Source of the DNA: an uncultured delta proteobacterium
GTDB taxonomy: Bacteria > Desulfobacterota > Desulfomonilia > UBA1062
Direction of reading: 5' to 3'
DNA: 64,000 nucleotides
Assembly: GCA_963798485.1 (NCBI GenBank)
Contig: CAWCTR010000004.1
Span: 32,001 to 96,000, forward strand
How positions within the stretch are numbered: the first letter of the stretch is position 1; every line of letters begins with the position of its first letter. The notes beneath the pieces were generated by a model that saw only the letters and a program-made list of their open reading frames with translations, was not told where the DNA came from and did no database searches. Positions 62,812 through 64,000 of the stretch are shown in pieces. Made by a program: the position numbers and the translations under genes.

Positions 62812-64000
62812 TCTGTACACATTGAGATTTAATCAAACCATTTTGATTGAATGGTTGGGAATAGCGGTGAATGTTGTAAGCCCCATACTTTGATATTGTA
62901 AAGGAAGGGGCAGGATTTTCGGATGCAATCATGATCTTGCCGACCCCGTTTTGATAGTGGATGACCGTTTTGAAACTTTTAGAAATATCCATGAGATGTG
63001 TAATGATCTTCTTTGCCGGGGTGCCTCTGACGAGCCTGGGTTGGAACCCGACCTCCTGATTGTTTACATTCAGCGGGTACAGGATTACCTGTACCGGGAC
63101 ATTGCCCTTGAACCTTGTAACCGGAGCAAAGCTGAACGTCGCATTATCACTGATGGCGCCGAAGGCATAGTTACCAAGACTGTAAAAGACAGGCCTGCCC
63201 TTGAATATCTCTATGGGCTGCGGTACATGGGGGTGATGGCCCAGCACGATATCCGCCCCTGCATTTATCGCATGATGGGCAAAATCGATTTGATACTTCT
63301 TGGGCTCGCTCTTCAGTTCCTCACCCCAGTGGAAGCTCACTATGAGGATATCCACCCTTGATCTGGCATCCCTGATATCCTGTCCCACTTGCGCCCAGTC
63401 AGGGTGTGCGGTGCCCGGCTTATGGGGGGTTGCCCAGAACTCCTCGGGAAAGGTCAGCGAATATGCCAGGAGGCCATACCGCACCCCGTGCCTTTTTATG
63501 ACAGCGAGGCTGCCGGCTGATGCCAGGTCAGCCCCTGCCCCGGTAAAGACGAGCCTGTTTTTCCGGCACTGCCTGATGGTATCCCTTAGGCCCTTCTCGC
63601 CATAATCCATGATATGGTTATTCGCCAGTGACAGGAGGTTAAAGCCTGCCTTCCTGATGGCGCCGAGCGATTCCGGATCACCCCTGAAGGTGTACTCCTT
63701 GTCTGTGTAGCGGACCCCCTCCATGGTAATGGGATATTCGAGGTTTGCAAATGCAATATCAGCAGAAGCGATAAGCCTCTCAAGGTTTTCATCCTGGAAA
63801 GGATAATCATATCCCTTTGCCTGAAGAAGAGGTTTTGCGCTGCCGGTAAGCATGATATCGCCGACTGCGAGCACACAGTGTACTTGCAGCGCACTCTCAT
63901 CACCCGTCTTGCTGTGAACATCACCGAATAAGGCACTGGGATACCAGGAAAGCATTGTCAGTATAATGCAGATGGGCAGTATGGGGAGTGTTGCCCGTGA
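62789..64000 (-). CDS. CapA/PGA_cap family metallophosphatase-like protein, start beyond the right window edge
   Basis: AVGDIML, NLEYP, SLANNHIMDYG, FHWGEE, GHHPHV and YSLGNY; the frame stays open to 64000. Confidence 0.9.
   Translation of the reverse strand, partial: SRATLPILPICIILTMLSWYPSALFGDVHSKTGDESALQVHCVLAVGDIMLTGSAKPLLQAKGYDYPFQDENLERLIASADIAFANLEYPITMEGVRYTDKEYTFRGDPESLGAIRKAGFNLLSLANNHIMDYGEKGLRDTIRQCRKNRLVFTGAGADLASAGSLAVIKRHGVRYGLLAYSLTFPEEFWATPHKPGTAHPDWAQVGQDIRDARSRVDILIVSFHWGEELKSEPKKYQIDFAHHAINAGADIVLGHHPHVPQPIEIFKGRPVFYSLGNYAFGAISDNATFSFAPVTRFKGNVPVQVILYPLNVNNQEVGFQPRLVRGTPAKKIITHLMDISKSFKTVIHYQNGVGKIMIASENPAPSFTISKYGAYNIHRYSQPFNQNGLIKSQCVQINNSKVW

Noticed and set aside
62789-64000. 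Poly-gamma-glutamate capsule operon
   Set aside because: Only a CapA-family gene is visible, and these are common as standalone genes; capB/capC are not in the window.

Overview
Bacterial chromosomal window; the gene content suggests an anaerobic fatty-acid-degrading deltaproteobacterium (Desulfobacterota-like, inferred only). In order: (1) 1-9.6 kb, a minus-strand surface-polysaccharide cluster (asnB-like amidotransferase, GT/methyltransferase genes, wzm/wzt, GT4). (2) 9.9-19.1 kb, an acyl-CoA catabolic operon resembling the peroxisomal R-specific/branched-chain set (AMACR-like CaiB protein, HMGCS-like/DUF35 fusion, SCP2-type thiolase, two MaoC proteins, SDR), then a phytoene-dehydrogenase-like flavoprotein and a frameshifted FAD/2Fe-2S reductase. 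(3) A Fic gene and a complete IS4-like element with 19-bp TIRs and a 10-bp TSD, sitting next to the likely promoter of (4) a 6785-aa two-partner-secreted adhesin with two near-identical tandem arrays, followed by its TpsB. (5) S-specific beta-oxidation genes, a two-component system with two small secreted proteins, and DUF748. (6) 57.3-62.3 kb, the best candidate for an undescribed system: a non-canonical polyhydroxyalkanoate (PHA) granule locus with PhaR, two PhaR-like operator boxes, three tandem phasin-like paralogs, a divergent Cys-type synthase-like protein, a PhaE-like partner and a second Cys-hydrolase. No CRISPR, rRNA or tRNA was seen. All calls come from motif recognition by eye; no database searches were run.
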